From positions 1 to 51,700 of the IMG/VR virus record IMGVR_UViG_3300021168_000005: a stretch of 51,700 bases of DNA; one strand, written 5' to 3'. Below the pieces are notes generated by a model. It was not told the origin of the DNA. It worked only from the letters and a program-made list of their open reading frames with translations, and did no database searches. The DNA is from a virus. Its lineage: Duplodnaviria; Caudoviricetes. Below are positions 17,997-28,409 of the stretch, one piece after another. How positions within the stretch are numbered: the first letter of the stretch is position 1; every line of letters begins with the position of its first letter. Position numbers and translations under genes: made by a program.

Positions 17997-18956
17997 TTAG
18001 TGATACGTTACACCCGGCATTGTTGTTGGAATCCCTAGAGATTCTCCACCGAGAGCAGAAGCTCCAGAGCCTTGCATTGATGCTATGATTTCAGAAAGAG
18101 CACTCATATTTCCTAAAGAACTTCCACCCATACTAGAACCTGCAAGATTAGGCGTAGAGCTTGCGCTATTTTGATTGAATAACTGTTGCAATGCTTGTAA
18201 CAAACCAGCTTGACTATTTCCCCCTCCGCCAGTACTAGCACCAGCAGTAGGATTATTAGCTCCCGTTAATGAACCTATTCCAGAAGTAAGTAATCCTAAC
18301 GAAGCTCCACCACTAAAAGGAGCAGCAATAGCACCACCAAGAATTTCTAACCCTCCAAGAAGATCATTAGTCCAAGACCCTTGATTTGCTCTTTCTTGAT
18401 GGATAGTAGGAAGTACATTTTCTAGCAATCCTAATTGCTGACTCTGGGCATTCTCGAAAAGACTCGCTAGAGTTTGCTGTTGATTAAGCTGTACCTGAGA
18501 TTCAAAATCTCCCAGTCCTAAAGCAGCAGCGCTGCTAAAGCGTGCTCCAGCATCAGCAAAAGAAGATTGAATACCAGCTTCCCCGCGTGATATACCCGGT
18601 GCTTGTGCATTTAAAAATGCAGCAGCAATTTGAGGGTTAAATAACCCTTGGGTTATCATATTACCAATTAACTGTCCTGGTCCTTTGCCATAGGCAGAGC
18701 CTAAATAATTATAGAGATCACGAGTACGTCCGGGATCATTAGTACTAAAACCAGAAGATAAACCAGCAATTCCTTGCCCAGTACCGAAGGCTCCAACATT
18801 ATAAGAAGGAGAACCAAATAAAGGAATAGAAGGAAAAGCCCCTCCACCACCGGGACCGAAACCATGTGTATTTGCTCCAGTTGGATTACCATATCCACCG
18901 GGAATTGGTAAAGGAGCATTATTACTTGTAGGAAAAGGTAAACTAAAAGATGCCAT
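17997..18956 (-). CDS. putative DNA pilot / ejection protein
   Basis: G/S/Q-rich with GARFSS and a GGAIAAPFSGGASL hydrophobic hairpin. Confidence 0.55.
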   Translation of the reverse strand: MASFSLPFPTSNNAPLPIPGGYGNPTGANTHGFGPGGGGAFPSIPLFGSPSYNVGAFGTGQGIAGLSSGFSTNDPGRTRDLYNYLGSAYGKGPGQLIGNMITQGLFNPQIAAAFLNAQAPGISRGEAGIQSSFADAGARFSSAAALGLGDFESQVQLNQQQTLASLFENAQSQQLGLLENVLPTIHQERANQGSWTNDLLGGLEILGGAIAAPFSGGASLGLLTSGIGSLTGANNPTAGASTGGGGNSQAGLLQALQQLFNQNSASSTPNLAGSSMGGSSLGNMSALSEIIASMQGSGASALGGESLGIPTTMPGVTYH

Positions 18957-18957
18957 G

Positions 18958-19689
18958 TTAGTATCTCCTTACAACTGGACGTAACTGGCGTTCGTTATAA
19001 TCGCTCTGTCGTTGTTGTTGACTTAGTCTTTCCATAATAAGACCGACAGTTTTCTTTTGAGGATTACCATATAACTTTTGATGAAATAAAACTCCAACAT
19101 CTAACATTCCAATATCATCACAAGCTTTCTCTGCGGCAGCGTATTCTATAATATCTTGCCAGTCATCAGGAACTTGAATCGGCACATTACCAAGTACTGC
19201 TCCAGCATTACTCGCGTTATCATCTATATCTGGAAATGGATGTTGAATCTGATAACGCATATAAGTAGCGTAAGCTGCATTAGGCATATAACCAACAATA
19301 AGATTACCTTGATTAACTTGTTCTCCAACTTGACTATATGCTACTGGAATACCGGGAATAACTGACATACCTTCTACAACACGAGGTTGTCTATACTTAA
19401 GTACGTTACCTGTACTTTGACCAACAGTTATAACAGAATCAAAGTAACGAAACCAACTTACAATAAAAGTAACATACTTATGATTCGGTTGCGAAAAGAA
19501 ATTCCTTGGATATTCACTCTGATTAACAACAAAGTTGCTAATAGGCCCTTTATAACGAAGCTCTTCAAATTCATAATTCTGTGTTAAATCAAGAAGAGCT
19601 TTCTTGATATAAACAGGAATAATCGGAGCTAGGTCATCTCGATTTCGGAGCTTTCGTACTACTCCGGGAACTAAAGTTCTTATAAGCAT
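18958..19689 (-). CDS. putative head-tail adaptor
   Basis: GIPVAYS...YMPNAAY...VPDDWQDIIEYAA pattern of podovirus adaptors. Confidence 0.6.
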   Translation of the reverse strand: MLIRTLVPGVVRKLRNRDDLAPIIPVYIKKALLDLTQNYEFEELRYKGPISNFVVNQSEYPRNFFSQPNHKYVTFIVSWFRYFDSVITVGQSTGNVLKYRQPRVVEGMSVIPGIPVAYSQVGEQVNQGNLIVGYMPNAAYATYMRYQIQHPFPDIDDNASNAGAVLGNVPIQVPDDWQDIIEYAAAEKACDDIGMLDVGVLFHQKLYGNPQKKTVGLIMERLSQQQRQSDYNERQLRPVVRRY

Positions 19690-19694
19690 TTTGG

Positions 19695-20096
19695 TTATCC
19701 ACCTAAGAAGAACTCAACAAGTGTATTAGCCAAACTAGCATTTAGTGTTAACGCAGTAATACCCGCATTCGCGTTAGCGTTAGTAATCTGTTGCCACATT
19801 AAAAAAACTTCGCCCGGTCCAAGAGTTGCACTTAGCTGTTGCGCTAATCCTGTTGGAGTATATTTAACAACAATAAACTGTGCAGGATCATTATTCTTTA
19901 CATAAACTTGAAAAGCTTTTCCATTAGGAATAGTAATAACATTATCTCCTAAACCAAGCTTTTCATAAGTTGTAAAGTCTGCGAAGATACTATCAAAGCT
20001 TAAATTACCAAGCCCTCTATTAACAGGGACAAGTCCCGTAGTATCCTCGGTAGAGATAATTGTTGCAGATAAGGCATTAGTAACATTATTGGCCAT
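19695..20096 (-). CDS. virion structural protein
   Basis: 133 aa, beta-rich, in the structural block. Confidence 0.5.
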   Translation of the reverse strand: MANNVTNALSATIISTEDTTGLVPVNRGLGNLSFDSIFADFTTYEKLGLGDNVITIPNGKAFQVYVKNNDPAQFIVVKYTPTGLAQQLSATLGPGEVFLMWQQITNANANAGITALTLNASLANTLVEFFLGG

Positions 20097-20111
20097 TTAA
20101 TAACTCCCCTC

Positions 20112-20459
20112 TTAAAAGATGAAAAACGTTGCTGAAAGATTAGCCGTGCTACATTTCAGAAATATCTGCGTAGCAGTCCACGTAGTTCCACTATCATAAA
20201 AGCTTCCTGCACCATTCTGGCGTATAACATGAAACCCTACGGGTACTCTATTTAAGTTATGAGTAACAATAAATTCTGTATTGATAGCGCCGCTATTACT
20301 CGTAGTGCCATAGGCACCATCAATGTTATCAGTTTGTAAACCATTCTGTGTATTACCACCATAACTTATACGACCACGCAATGCTTTATAGATATCATGG
20401 AGAACAACCGTAAGATTGTCTTCACCACTTACGTGCTTAGAATATTTCCGAACTTTCAT
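20112..20459 (-). CDS. small tail protein
   Basis: VTHNLNRVP motif typical of fibre C-terminal modules. Confidence 0.5.
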   Translation of the reverse strand: MKVRKYSKHVSGEDNLTVVLHDIYKALRGRISYGGNTQNGLQTDNIDGAYGTTSNSGAINTEFIVTHNLNRVPVGFHVIRQNGAGSFYDSGTTWTATQIFLKCSTANLSATFFIF

Positions 20460-21082
20460 TAGATGAAATCCTTCTCATCTGCTTTGCCAACCATCATAAC
20501 GCGCGTTATAGAAACAGCACCGCTATTTGGTAAACGATTCCAAAAAATTTGTGGCCGTTCACCAGAGAGAACATCAATACCAACTTTCATGGTTCGCAAT
20601 GTATTTGAAGGAAATTTAATTTTCCGTCCATCCTTCGGTTTAATAGTTACTACGCGACTGCTAGTTTTAAAACTATCCGTATCTCGAACATAAACGCGAA
20701 CCCCAATAGTAAAGGTTGCAACATCTATTTCTCTGTAAGTTACAAAAAGAAGATGAACAGAAACCTTTCTATTTATCATCACATCTTCTTGACGGAATGT
20801 ATAAAAGCAAGCTTCTTCAGAATTAAAATTAGTTGGATCAATACTAGCTAGATAAGTTTTTTCAAAGATCGAATCAAATACTGGCATCAGCAAGCTGAAC
20901 GAAATTCCTGCTAATCCTCCGGTAGAAGTTATTAATCCGGGAGAACCTTTAATCGTAGATTTTCCTACCGGAGGTTTATATGGTGGATTTGGATTCCCTC
21001 CACCATCTCCACCACCATCAAAAATACGAAGTGTTAACTCACGCTTCCCGTGTAACTTCGCTATGAAATTATCAATATGCAT
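20459..21082 (-). CDS. tail protein, possibly the C-terminal part of a gp10-like nozzle
   Basis: 207 aa, beta-rich, in frame with and 6 nt after the stop of 21089-22447. Confidence 0.5.
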   Translation of the reverse strand: MHIDNFIAKLHGKRELTLRIFDGGGDGGGNPNPPYKPPVGKSTIKGSPGLITSTGGLAGISFSLLMPVFDSIFEKTYLASIDPTNFNSEEACFYTFRQEDVMINRKVSVHLLFVTYREIDVATFTIGVRVYVRDTDSFKTSSRVVTIKPKDGRKIKFPSNTLRTMKVGIDVLSGERPQIFWNRLPNSGAVSITRVMMVGKADEKDFI

Positions 21083-21088
21083 ATCAGT

Positions 21089-22447
21089 TTACTGAATAGC
21101 AACGAAGTTCATTCTTCCAGTAACAGTAAGATTCTTTTTAATCCAAGAAACCCAAGAACTGTCTTCGACTGAATATACCCATATCTTAGTGTCTGCTCCA
21201 AATGGAATAACTAACATATAGGTTAGATAGATATAATTATTAGCCATTCTTGGAACAAACGCACTTAACGGCGTTGAAGATGCATTCGCAAGATCAGTAA
21301 AAATTTGATCGCGTGCCATCCCTCCTACATTTTTAAAACCACCAATAGATATATTATAGATATCGTCACTGCTAATAAACATCCCAATAGGACCATATCC
21401 GGCAATACTAAACGGTAATACGTTACCAATCCCACGATCAGAAGCCCACAGATGATTAAAATCAAAGGGTAATATACCATCACTGACTGCCGTCATTTCT
21501 GATATTCCGTTAGAGCGAAATATGAATCCTGTCTTATCTCCGATAGGAAGATAACCAGTTATAATATCTGGCACTTCTAAAAGATCATTAAATCCTGCAC
21601 CTATGTTAACATTGGTATCCCAAATAGACGGAAGTCCTGAAGGACACCATCTTATACGCTGAGTAAAAGCAGATTGACCAGAACCTTCTATCGTTGAAAG
21701 TAACAATAAACGTGACGCTAGAATACCAAGAAAAAATGCACCGCAAGTAATGCCATTTGTAGCATCTACAACTGCCGTACTATAGAATCCATTAGCCGGT
21801 CCCGGTTTACCATTATTAACCCAAGTAGCAGGCTGACTTCCAGCCGTATCTACTGTATTGCCACCTATAACTAACGACCATACAGGAGCAGCACCACCAG
21901 TAAAACCGGGTTTAACTACTATCTGAACATTACCATTAGAATCTATAATACGAAAATTCGCAAATACCCTTTGGTTTTTAACCCAAGGAACAGGAGTATT
22001 GACGGATGAAATTCCATCCCAAACCCATAAATTATTAGAACCGTTAGTCCAATAAAACTTATTAAGAAATGTCTGATGAGCAACAGGAATATCCGGTCCC
22101 GGTTGGACGGGGAAGGTTCCTATAATGTTCCACGCATTACGCGGATTAATTTGATAATTAGGATTTAACTGCCACAAACCCTTACGGGTCACTATTACTG
22201 TATGTGTGATATTATTACTATCCATAAACGTATCAATAACGTCTATAGGAAAGTTATCTGGAGTTCCAAGTATCTGTGGTGTTATTCTTGGTCTCGTTCG
22301 TAGTTCTTGATTCTTAAGAATGATATTTTGAAGATTAGGAGAATAAACATCTGCCATTTGATTTTCAGGTTCTTCTACGTTGATCCCCTTCCAAGGACCA
22401 TTATAGATTGCCTCAAAATAACCATTCTCTTTTATTTGAATAGGCAA
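21089..22447 (-). CDS. P22 gp10-like tail hub / head-closure protein
   Basis: KGIN...LRTRP start, beta-propeller-like repeats (FYWTNG, IRWC, IWVYS..SSW). Confidence 0.6.
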   Translation of the reverse strand: MPIQIKENGYFEAIYNGPWKGINVEEPENQMADVYSPNLQNIILKNQELRTRPRITPQILGTPDNFPIDVIDTFMDSNNITHTVIVTRKGLWQLNPNYQINPRNAWNIIGTFPVQPGPDIPVAHQTFLNKFYWTNGSNNLWVWDGISSVNTPVPWVKNQRVFANFRIIDSNGNVQIVVKPGFTGGAAPVWSLVIGGNTVDTAGSQPATWVNNGKPGPANGFYSTAVVDATNGITCGAFFLGILASRLLLLSTIEGSGQSAFTQRIRWCPSGLPSIWDTNVNIGAGFNDLLEVPDIITGYLPIGDKTGFIFRSNGISEMTAVSDGILPFDFNHLWASDRGIGNVLPFSIAGYGPIGMFISSDDIYNISIGGFKNVGGMARDQIFTDLANASSTPLSAFVPRMANNYIYLTYMLVIPFGADTKIWVYSVEDSSWVSWIKKNLTVTGRMNFVAIQ

Positions 22448-22468
22448 AGTTTATTCTCCTTCGGATTG

Positions 22469-22537
22469 TTACTTTTCTTTCTTTTTCTTAAGCGGTAGCT
22501 TAACTTTCTTTCCAGACTTTACAATTTTATCTTTCAT
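22469..22537 (-). CDS. 22-aa lysine-rich micropeptide
   Basis: MKDKIVKSGKKVKLPLKKKKEK with AAGGAG RBS, fills the intergenic gap. Confidence 0.4.
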   Translation of the reverse strand: MKDKIVKSGKKVKLPLKKKKEK

Positions 22538-22561
22538 AGTTAGGCCGCTCCTTTTCTATTT

Positions 22562-25500
22562 TTAGTTACCAACACAGTTGAAACTAAAACCGTCAGAAAC
22601 CGTATTCGGACCAGTTACAGTAAAATGACTCCCATCAGTATAAGTGATTGCTAATGAGTTAGCAGGATTCGTTGTATTACTAACAGCACACTTATAAGAA
22701 GTGTTCGATGTGAAAACAGCCGCACCAGATAACGTTATTACTTTCGTACTCGGTGTTCCTGATGTTAAACTCGAAGAGTCTGCTATTATGTGGACGTTTA
22801 CTAATTGAGTTCCTGAAACATTATAAGTAACTGGAACTGTCGTAAGATTAGTAACTGGCGTCGTAGACGCTGCTTTAAAAGGGGCAGTGCCAGTACTAAG
22901 CAGAGATTCTATCTGTCCAGTATTATTAACACGCCCAACCTTAGCTCCTGAGTTAACTACTTGACTAGATACACTTGGCGTACTAATCCACCAATTTATA
23001 GCACCACCAATACCAGCACCAGTAGACGGACCTCCGGTTATATCTGAATCAGTACCGGACTGATCTGTAGTATTAAAGTTATTAGAAGCCGAAGGTTTTG
23101 GTGCTCCCCGTCCAAACATTCCAGTGTATTCTAAAATATTACGAGTTGCGTCATTGGAAGCACCATTATCAGAACGACCTCCAATAGACACTGAAGATGC
23201 CGAAGCATTAGCCGGAGGATTATTTGTACCTATATTACCAATATCCCAAACTAACGCTTTAGTTCCTAATCTACGTTGTAAAGCTCCATTATATTGTGTT
23301 CCTCCAAGAGATGGTAAAGTCCATGATTGGTAAAATATTCCTTGATAAGGAACAACATTTGGTCCAATAGTCTGCGATACACGAATATCCCAATCAAAAG
23401 GTTGATCGCAACATGTTTGTGGATTTTGTCCTGCTGTATTATCGAACCAATCTTGACGGGATACTAATAATCCATCAATTACAGAACCAGTTAAAGCTGC
23501 TCTAATTTGACCACCTGCTTCAATTACATCTTCAAGTCTAAGCTGAGGAACACAACCACTTTTAATATTAAAAGTAACTTCACAGTCTATGGCATTCTCA
23601 TTTAAATACACCATAGTCATACCACCACTCGTCACAGTTCCATGATTCCATGTTGGTTCTACTAAAAAATTAGAACTAGTATCCGGTCCAGGACATCCTA
23701 ACTTATCATAACGAGTAATCCAGCTAGCATTAAGAGTTATACTAGTTGCAGTGTTAGATGCAATAGTATTATAACAACCTGCATTTTTACCAGATAAAAC
23801 TGAAAGACTCATTCCAGCAAAACCATTTACTGTAAAGTTAGCTTGATTAATAGGCAAACCTGAAGGTGTGAAGTGTCCTCCGTTTGTACCACCAACCCAA
23901 TCATGCGTACTATCCGGTGATCCTGTTGCAGCAGTTATTAACATTGAAGAAGCTGAGAATGCTGGTACTCCGCTAGGAGTAAACGTGGCTAGAGTAGTGT
24001 TGTCGGTCCAAACATGTGTACCGTCAGCAGTGCCACTAAAATTGGAACAATTAAAAAGTACACTAGTATTTCCAGAGCCAATAGTACAAGTTACACCTGT
24101 AACAGCTTGCTGTGCAATATCTCCGAATACAAAAGATCCGCTTGTAAGAGTACCAGAAATTGTAGCACTAGAACTAGGTGCTGTAAGTACTGTACCAGTA
24201 GAACCAGTTACGGCTTGTGTTACTACTTCATTAGGAGTTATTCCAAATTTAAGAATAGTAACAGCACCAGCAACTGTTTGGTTAGTATCTACTAACGTAG
24301 TTGAACTACCACTGCTAGCAGTTAATAATGCCGTAGGCGTTCCTATACCATTCGCAGCACCAGCATTACTTGTAACTGTATAAAAAGCTCCATCTCCAGC
24401 AACTATAGAACCTATCATTATAGAACCGACAGGAAAAGTTTGACCTGGTGGTAAGAAAGCAGCTTGATTAATAACGCGAGTCTTATGTAATACTATATCA
24501 TTACCAGATATAAGCCGACGGCTTTCTGATCGCATATAGTCCATAGAACATGGACCTTGTGTTAACTCACAATACATATCAAATCCGGTCTGTGTTGAAT
24601 ATCCATTCTCCATTGAAGATTCTTCAACACCATCTCCGAAAGACACATATCCGCCGCCGTAAACGGCAATGCCATTTTTGTTACAACCTTGCATATCACC
24701 ACTAAAACCAATAGCAAGGGCATTGCCTGCTAAATTAGCATGTGTACCAATCTGAGCACAAGCCTCAGTAAAAGACTGGAATGCACAATCTCTACAATAA
24801 ATATTCGAACCTTGTGCTGCACCTCCAGATTTAGCAATTTCTAAACCGATAAATCCTACTCCACTACCAGCAAAATTAACGTGATTAAAATCTAAAAACT
24901 GTGGTTTTAAGTCTCCTGGAGTAGTAACACCATCCCAATCAATATCTACAAGTGCCACATTTTGAGAAGCTTGTGTGCTAAAACCTATATTATCAATAAC
25001 TCCGTAAGTATTACTTTGACCATTGATAATTCGTTTATTAGTAACAGTTTGATTAAATCCAGACGCTAAACGATTAATACCATGTATGGCAAAGCCATTG
25101 GTATTAAACATTTTTAATTCATCATTAATTTGATAAATACTTCCAATATGAAGTGGCCGGTTATATTGCGAAAGCCCACTAGCATTAGTACGTGCTTGCG
25201 TTTTACCTCCACCAAATGCTGCCCAAATAGATGCTTGTATAGCAGGAGTATTGGTGCTTGCACTAGCATTAGTAGAAGCTCCCCACCATTCAGGAACTAC
25301 ATCGAATGTTATTCCAGAGCCAGTAAAATCTACTACTCCATGCCCAGTAGCACTGTCAGCATTATAAAAGATTTGGTGTTGATCTGGATCATAAATACCG
25401 CCCCAAATGGTCGCTGTAGCATTTCCCGGTTTTAAAGAAACTAAACTATAAACCCAAGTTCCCGGTGAAGGATTAGTACTAATGGTCTGCGTAGCAGAAG

Positions 25501-26935
25501 TAGAACCTCCGCCAGAAGCATTAGCATATTCCATACAAATAGAACCATTAGGACTAGATTGTCCTGCTGTACTAGCAGGCTGCGTATATCCTGCTCCAGC
25601 CGTACATGTTTCAGGAAAGGTAAATGGTTGACCACCGAAGGCGAATAAAAACGCTCCTGTAAGTGTAGTAGCCGAACCACTACTCATAGTGGTTCCAGTA
25701 TTATTATTCGATGCGCTATTATCTAACGAAGTTACTGGCCCCATTCCGGATACTTGTGCTACTATCATCATGTGCGTAGTAAGGGAGCCATTCGCTATTG
25801 CTGTGATAGTACAACTTCCACCAGTAACGTTAGAAGCTACCCAAGCTCCTTGATTACGTGGTTGTCCGAATAGCGATTGAAAAACGTGAATATAAAAATT
25901 ACCACAACTATCTGTTACCTTAGTAGTTTTAAAAGTGAACCCCGGATACGGGGCTTCACCTACGACAAGTGTATTACCTGTTGTAACACTAAAAGCAGGT
26001 AAAGAACACGTAATGCCTGAGCCGCATTCTACGCTAGTACCACTAACAAAAGTTCCACCGCCTATAGCAGTATTAGAACTAATGAGCTGTATAGCTCCAC
26101 CACCGGAAAAATCTAATGTAATATTCTGATTAAAAAATGTATTCCCTATACGACAAGCCGCACCGGGAGTAGTAGAACCTACAAAACGAATAGTTGCTTC
26201 ATTTGTGCCAATCGTAGATAATAAAAGATTCATTCCCGCTGAAGCATCTGTTCCCGTAACTCCATTCCCATCACAAGTCATCCAGTCTCTAGTATCATAG
26301 ATAGCTTTATTTTGTGGCACCCACAAAGATGATCCAGTGTTCCATGTTGGGAATTGAGAATTATTAGTTCCCGGATTTATATTACCACCACCCCCACCTC
26401 CGGTAGAAATGTCTTGCCAGATAGTACCATTGAAAAATCTAATCTTATTAGTATTAAGATTATAATATGCAATACCCGGCCCTAAGTTTAGTGCTGCTTC
26501 TGTATCATTGTAGAACTTAGGATAGTTAAATGAATTACCAATGGCACTAATAATGGATGCATTAATCGGCCCACTAAGGTCTATCGCAGGCCCAAATACA
26601 TCTTGAAGTGAACTTGCACAAGGAAGATTAGCATTACTACAAACTGTAAAAGTCCACTGTCCGCCTAACGGTGTAACTTTATGATCGTCAGTCAGGGTAA
26701 GAGTAAAAGTCCCCGAACCGTTCATAGTTCCATTTACATTATATGGAAAAGCTACACCATTTAATTTGTAAGTAAAAACAGAAATATTTCCACTGCTAGG
26801 TGTAAATGCAGCAGATACAGTGCCATTAGTAAACGTCTGCCCATCTGGATACATGATTGTTCCAGTGACAGAAGTAGTTTGAGCGGCTACTATACAACTA
26901 CTAAGAAGCAATGTTAATGTAAGAAATTTTTTCAT
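22562..26935 (-). CDS. large tailspike/fibre-like protein (beta-helix region) with signal peptide
   Basis: Leader MKKFLTLTLLLSSCIVAA; PEWWGA...NTPAIQA beta-helix cap motif; T/G/S-rich. Confidence 0.75.
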   Translation of the reverse strand: MKKFLTLTLLLSSCIVAAQTTSVTGTIMYPDGQTFTNGTVSAAFTPSSGNISVFTYKLNGVAFPYNVNGTMNGSGTFTLTLTDDHKVTPLGGQWTFTVCSNANLPCASSLQDVFGPAIDLSGPINASIISAIGNSFNYPKFYNDTEAALNLGPGIAYYNLNTNKIRFFNGTIWQDISTGGGGGGNINPGTNNSQFPTWNTGSSLWVPQNKAIYDTRDWMTCDGNGVTGTDASAGMNLLLSTIGTNEATIRFVGSTTPGAACRIGNTFFNQNITLDFSGGGAIQLISSNTAIGGGTFVSGTSVECGSGITCSLPAFSVTTGNTLVVGEAPYPGFTFKTTKVTDSCGNFYIHVFQSLFGQPRNQGAWVASNVTGGSCTITAIANGSLTTHMMIVAQVSGMGPVTSLDNSASNNNTGTTMSSGSATTLTGAFLFAFGGQPFTFPETCTAGAGYTQPASTAGQSSPNGSICMEYANASGGGSTSATQTISTNPSPGTWVYSLVSLKPGNATATIWGGIYDPDQHQIFYNADSATGHGVVDFTGSGITFDVVPEWWGASTNASASTNTPAIQASIWAAFGGGKTQARTNASGLSQYNRPLHIGSIYQINDELKMFNTNGFAIHGINRLASGFNQTVTNKRIINGQSNTYGVIDNIGFSTQASQNVALVDIDWDGVTTPGDLKPQFLDFNHVNFAGSGVGFIGLEIAKSGGAAQGSNIYCRDCAFQSFTEACAQIGTHANLAGNALAIGFSGDMQGCNKNGIAVYGGGYVSFGDGVEESSMENGYSTQTGFDMYCELTQGPCSMDYMRSESRRLISGNDIVLHKTRVINQAAFLPPGQTFPVGSIMIGSIVAGDGAFYTVTSNAGAANGIGTPTALLTASSGSSTTLVDTNQTVAGAVTILKFGITPNEVVTQAVTGSTGTVLTAPSSSATISGTLTSGSFVFGDIAQQAVTGVTCTIGSGNTSVLFNCSNFSGTADGTHVWTDNTTLATFTPSGVPAFSASSMLITAATGSPDSTHDWVGGTNGGHFTPSGLPINQANFTVNGFAGMSLSVLSGKNAGCYNTIASNTATSITLNASWITRYDKLGCPGPDTSSNFLVEPTWNHGTVTSGGMTMVYLNENAIDCEVTFNIKSGCVPQLRLEDVIEAGGQIRAALTGSVIDGLLVSRQDWFDNTAGQNPQTCCDQPFDWDIRVSQTIGPNVVPYQGIFYQSWTLPSLGGTQYNGALQRRLGTKALVWDIGNIGTNNPPANASASSVSIGGRSDNGASNDATRNILEYTGMFGRGAPKPSASNNFNTTDQSGTDSDITGGPSTGAGIGGAINWWISTPSVSSQVVNSGAKVGRVNNTGQIESLLSTGTAPFKAASTTPVTNLTTVPVTYNVSGTQLVNVHIIADSSSLTSGTPSTKVITLSGAAVFTSNTSYKCAVSNTTNPANSLAITYTDGSHFTVTGPNTVSDGFSFNCVGN

Positions 26936-26939
26936 AGTA

Positions 26940-28397
26940 TTAATTAGCATGACAGCTAACTTCTAAAATGTCCGATGCAGTCCAAGCTTGAGCAGCTCCC
27001 GCTGCTGTAAATTGACCTATAGGTGCGGTCGTCGTTGTACCAGCACCAGTTTGTTTACAACGAAATACAGTAGAAGAACTTGTCGTTACATCTTCACAAT
27101 TACAATACCAACTATGTGCTGCTATTGGTAATCCTATAGTTCCAGTACTCGCTGCTCCACCAGTACCAACGTTAATTTCAAAAGAAGCCGTAGAATTAGC
27201 ATTAACAATAGATGGTGAAGTTCCAAATCCTGCTGAAATAGTTGGGGCCGTATTAGAAATTATTAAATTACCTGTCCCCATAGAAATTTTCGTTGGGTCT
27301 ATTTCTAAAAATTGATTTCCGATAGTAAAAGCCGTATTACCCGCAGCACCATTACCCCAAGTTAGAATTATATTAGATCCTGCCCCACCAAAAATTCCTG
27401 ATGTATTTGCAACACCAGCACCACCATTTAATATATACCCCGGTACAGAAAAATCATTTGTACAAGTTACTGGATTTGTAACTGTTCCTGCTACTGCTGG
27501 TCCTGTACAAGTTGCTGTTCCACTAGTACCACCAACTAAACCAACAATACCACCAGCACCAGTTTTACCAATATTTAATGTTGTAGACGTTCCGCAATTA
27601 GCTGCGCCGAATACTAAGTTAAGAGCACTAACACCAGCAATCTGCATATCTATAAGCTTTGAAGATATTGCTGCTGCGGTACAAGTTGTATTAAAGAGTA
27701 TATTTGTAAATGTTGCACCTGCCGCATTCCAAGTTTGTGTGCTATTAATAGTTGGAGTATTAGCTACTATACTTCCTTGAGTTAATGCAATATTAGTTTG
27801 ATATGCTGGCGCTGCTGATCCACCAGTATTATTGCCGTAAACTGTTCCTGCTGCTGCATTAGATAGCGAGAATGATAATGCTGGCGTCGTTGTTGGTGTA
27901 GCAACTGAAGTTGTAAATAATGGAGATAATGTTCCTGCGGAAAACGAAGTAACTGTTCCTCCACCTCCACCTCCAGAGGGATTATTGGCATAGCCTGTAA
28001 GATTAGTAGTAAGCGAAGCACTCCCTACGGGAGTTATAGATGTTATATTAATTCTAGTAAAATTAACGGTCTGCGCTGTAGAAATAGCGTTGCCATTAGC
28101 TGTACAGGTTTGAGCAGCAACTATATCACCAATGTTCCATGTTACTCCATCAGCGCTACTATCAACTCTCACAGAGCACGCTGAAAGCGTTCCCGTAACA
28201 TTCCAGCTTAGTTGATGATATTGTGCTCCTGTACCAATAATATTGCAAGAAGAAAGAAAGTCTCCACAAGAAGTGCTTACAGTAGTACTATTATGAGTAA
28301 CTGCCGAATAAACATACTGAATAGTCTGAGCTTCGCTGTGCTTCGCGCAGCAAAATAATAGCGCAGCTAATAGCGAAGCTAGAAAGATTCTTTTCAT
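26940..28397 (-). CDS. fibre-like protein with signal peptide
   Basis: Leader MKRIFLASLLAALLFCCAKHSEA; GGGGGTVTS and TTTPALSF fibre motifs. Confidence 0.7.
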   Translation of the reverse strand: MKRIFLASLLAALLFCCAKHSEAQTIQYVYSAVTHNSTTVSTSCGDFLSSCNIIGTGAQYHQLSWNVTGTLSACSVRVDSSADGVTWNIGDIVAAQTCTANGNAISTAQTVNFTRINITSITPVGSASLTTNLTGYANNPSGGGGGGTVTSFSAGTLSPLFTTSVATPTTTPALSFSLSNAAAGTVYGNNTGGSAAPAYQTNIALTQGSIVANTPTINSTQTWNAAGATFTNILFNTTCTAAAISSKLIDMQIAGVSALNLVFGAANCGTSTTLNIGKTGAGGIVGLVGGTSGTATCTGPAVAGTVTNPVTCTNDFSVPGYILNGGAGVANTSGIFGGAGSNIILTWGNGAAGNTAFTIGNQFLEIDPTKISMGTGNLIISNTAPTISAGFGTSPSIVNANSTASFEINVGTGGAASTGTIGLPIAAHSWYCNCEDVTTSSSTVFRCKQTGAGTTTTAPIGQFTAAGAAQAWTASDILEVSCHAN

Positions 28398-28409
28398 AGC
28401 GAAGCTCCT

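Noticed and set aside
23868-24383. 171-aa + strand ORF and similar antisense ORFs (34330-34671, 44066-44569, 48132-48536)
   Set aside because: They are shadows of well-supported genes on the opposite strand, without RBS or motifs.
22562-28397. Diversity-generating retroelement acting on fibre genes
   Set aside because: No reverse transcriptase and no template/variable repeat pair noticed.
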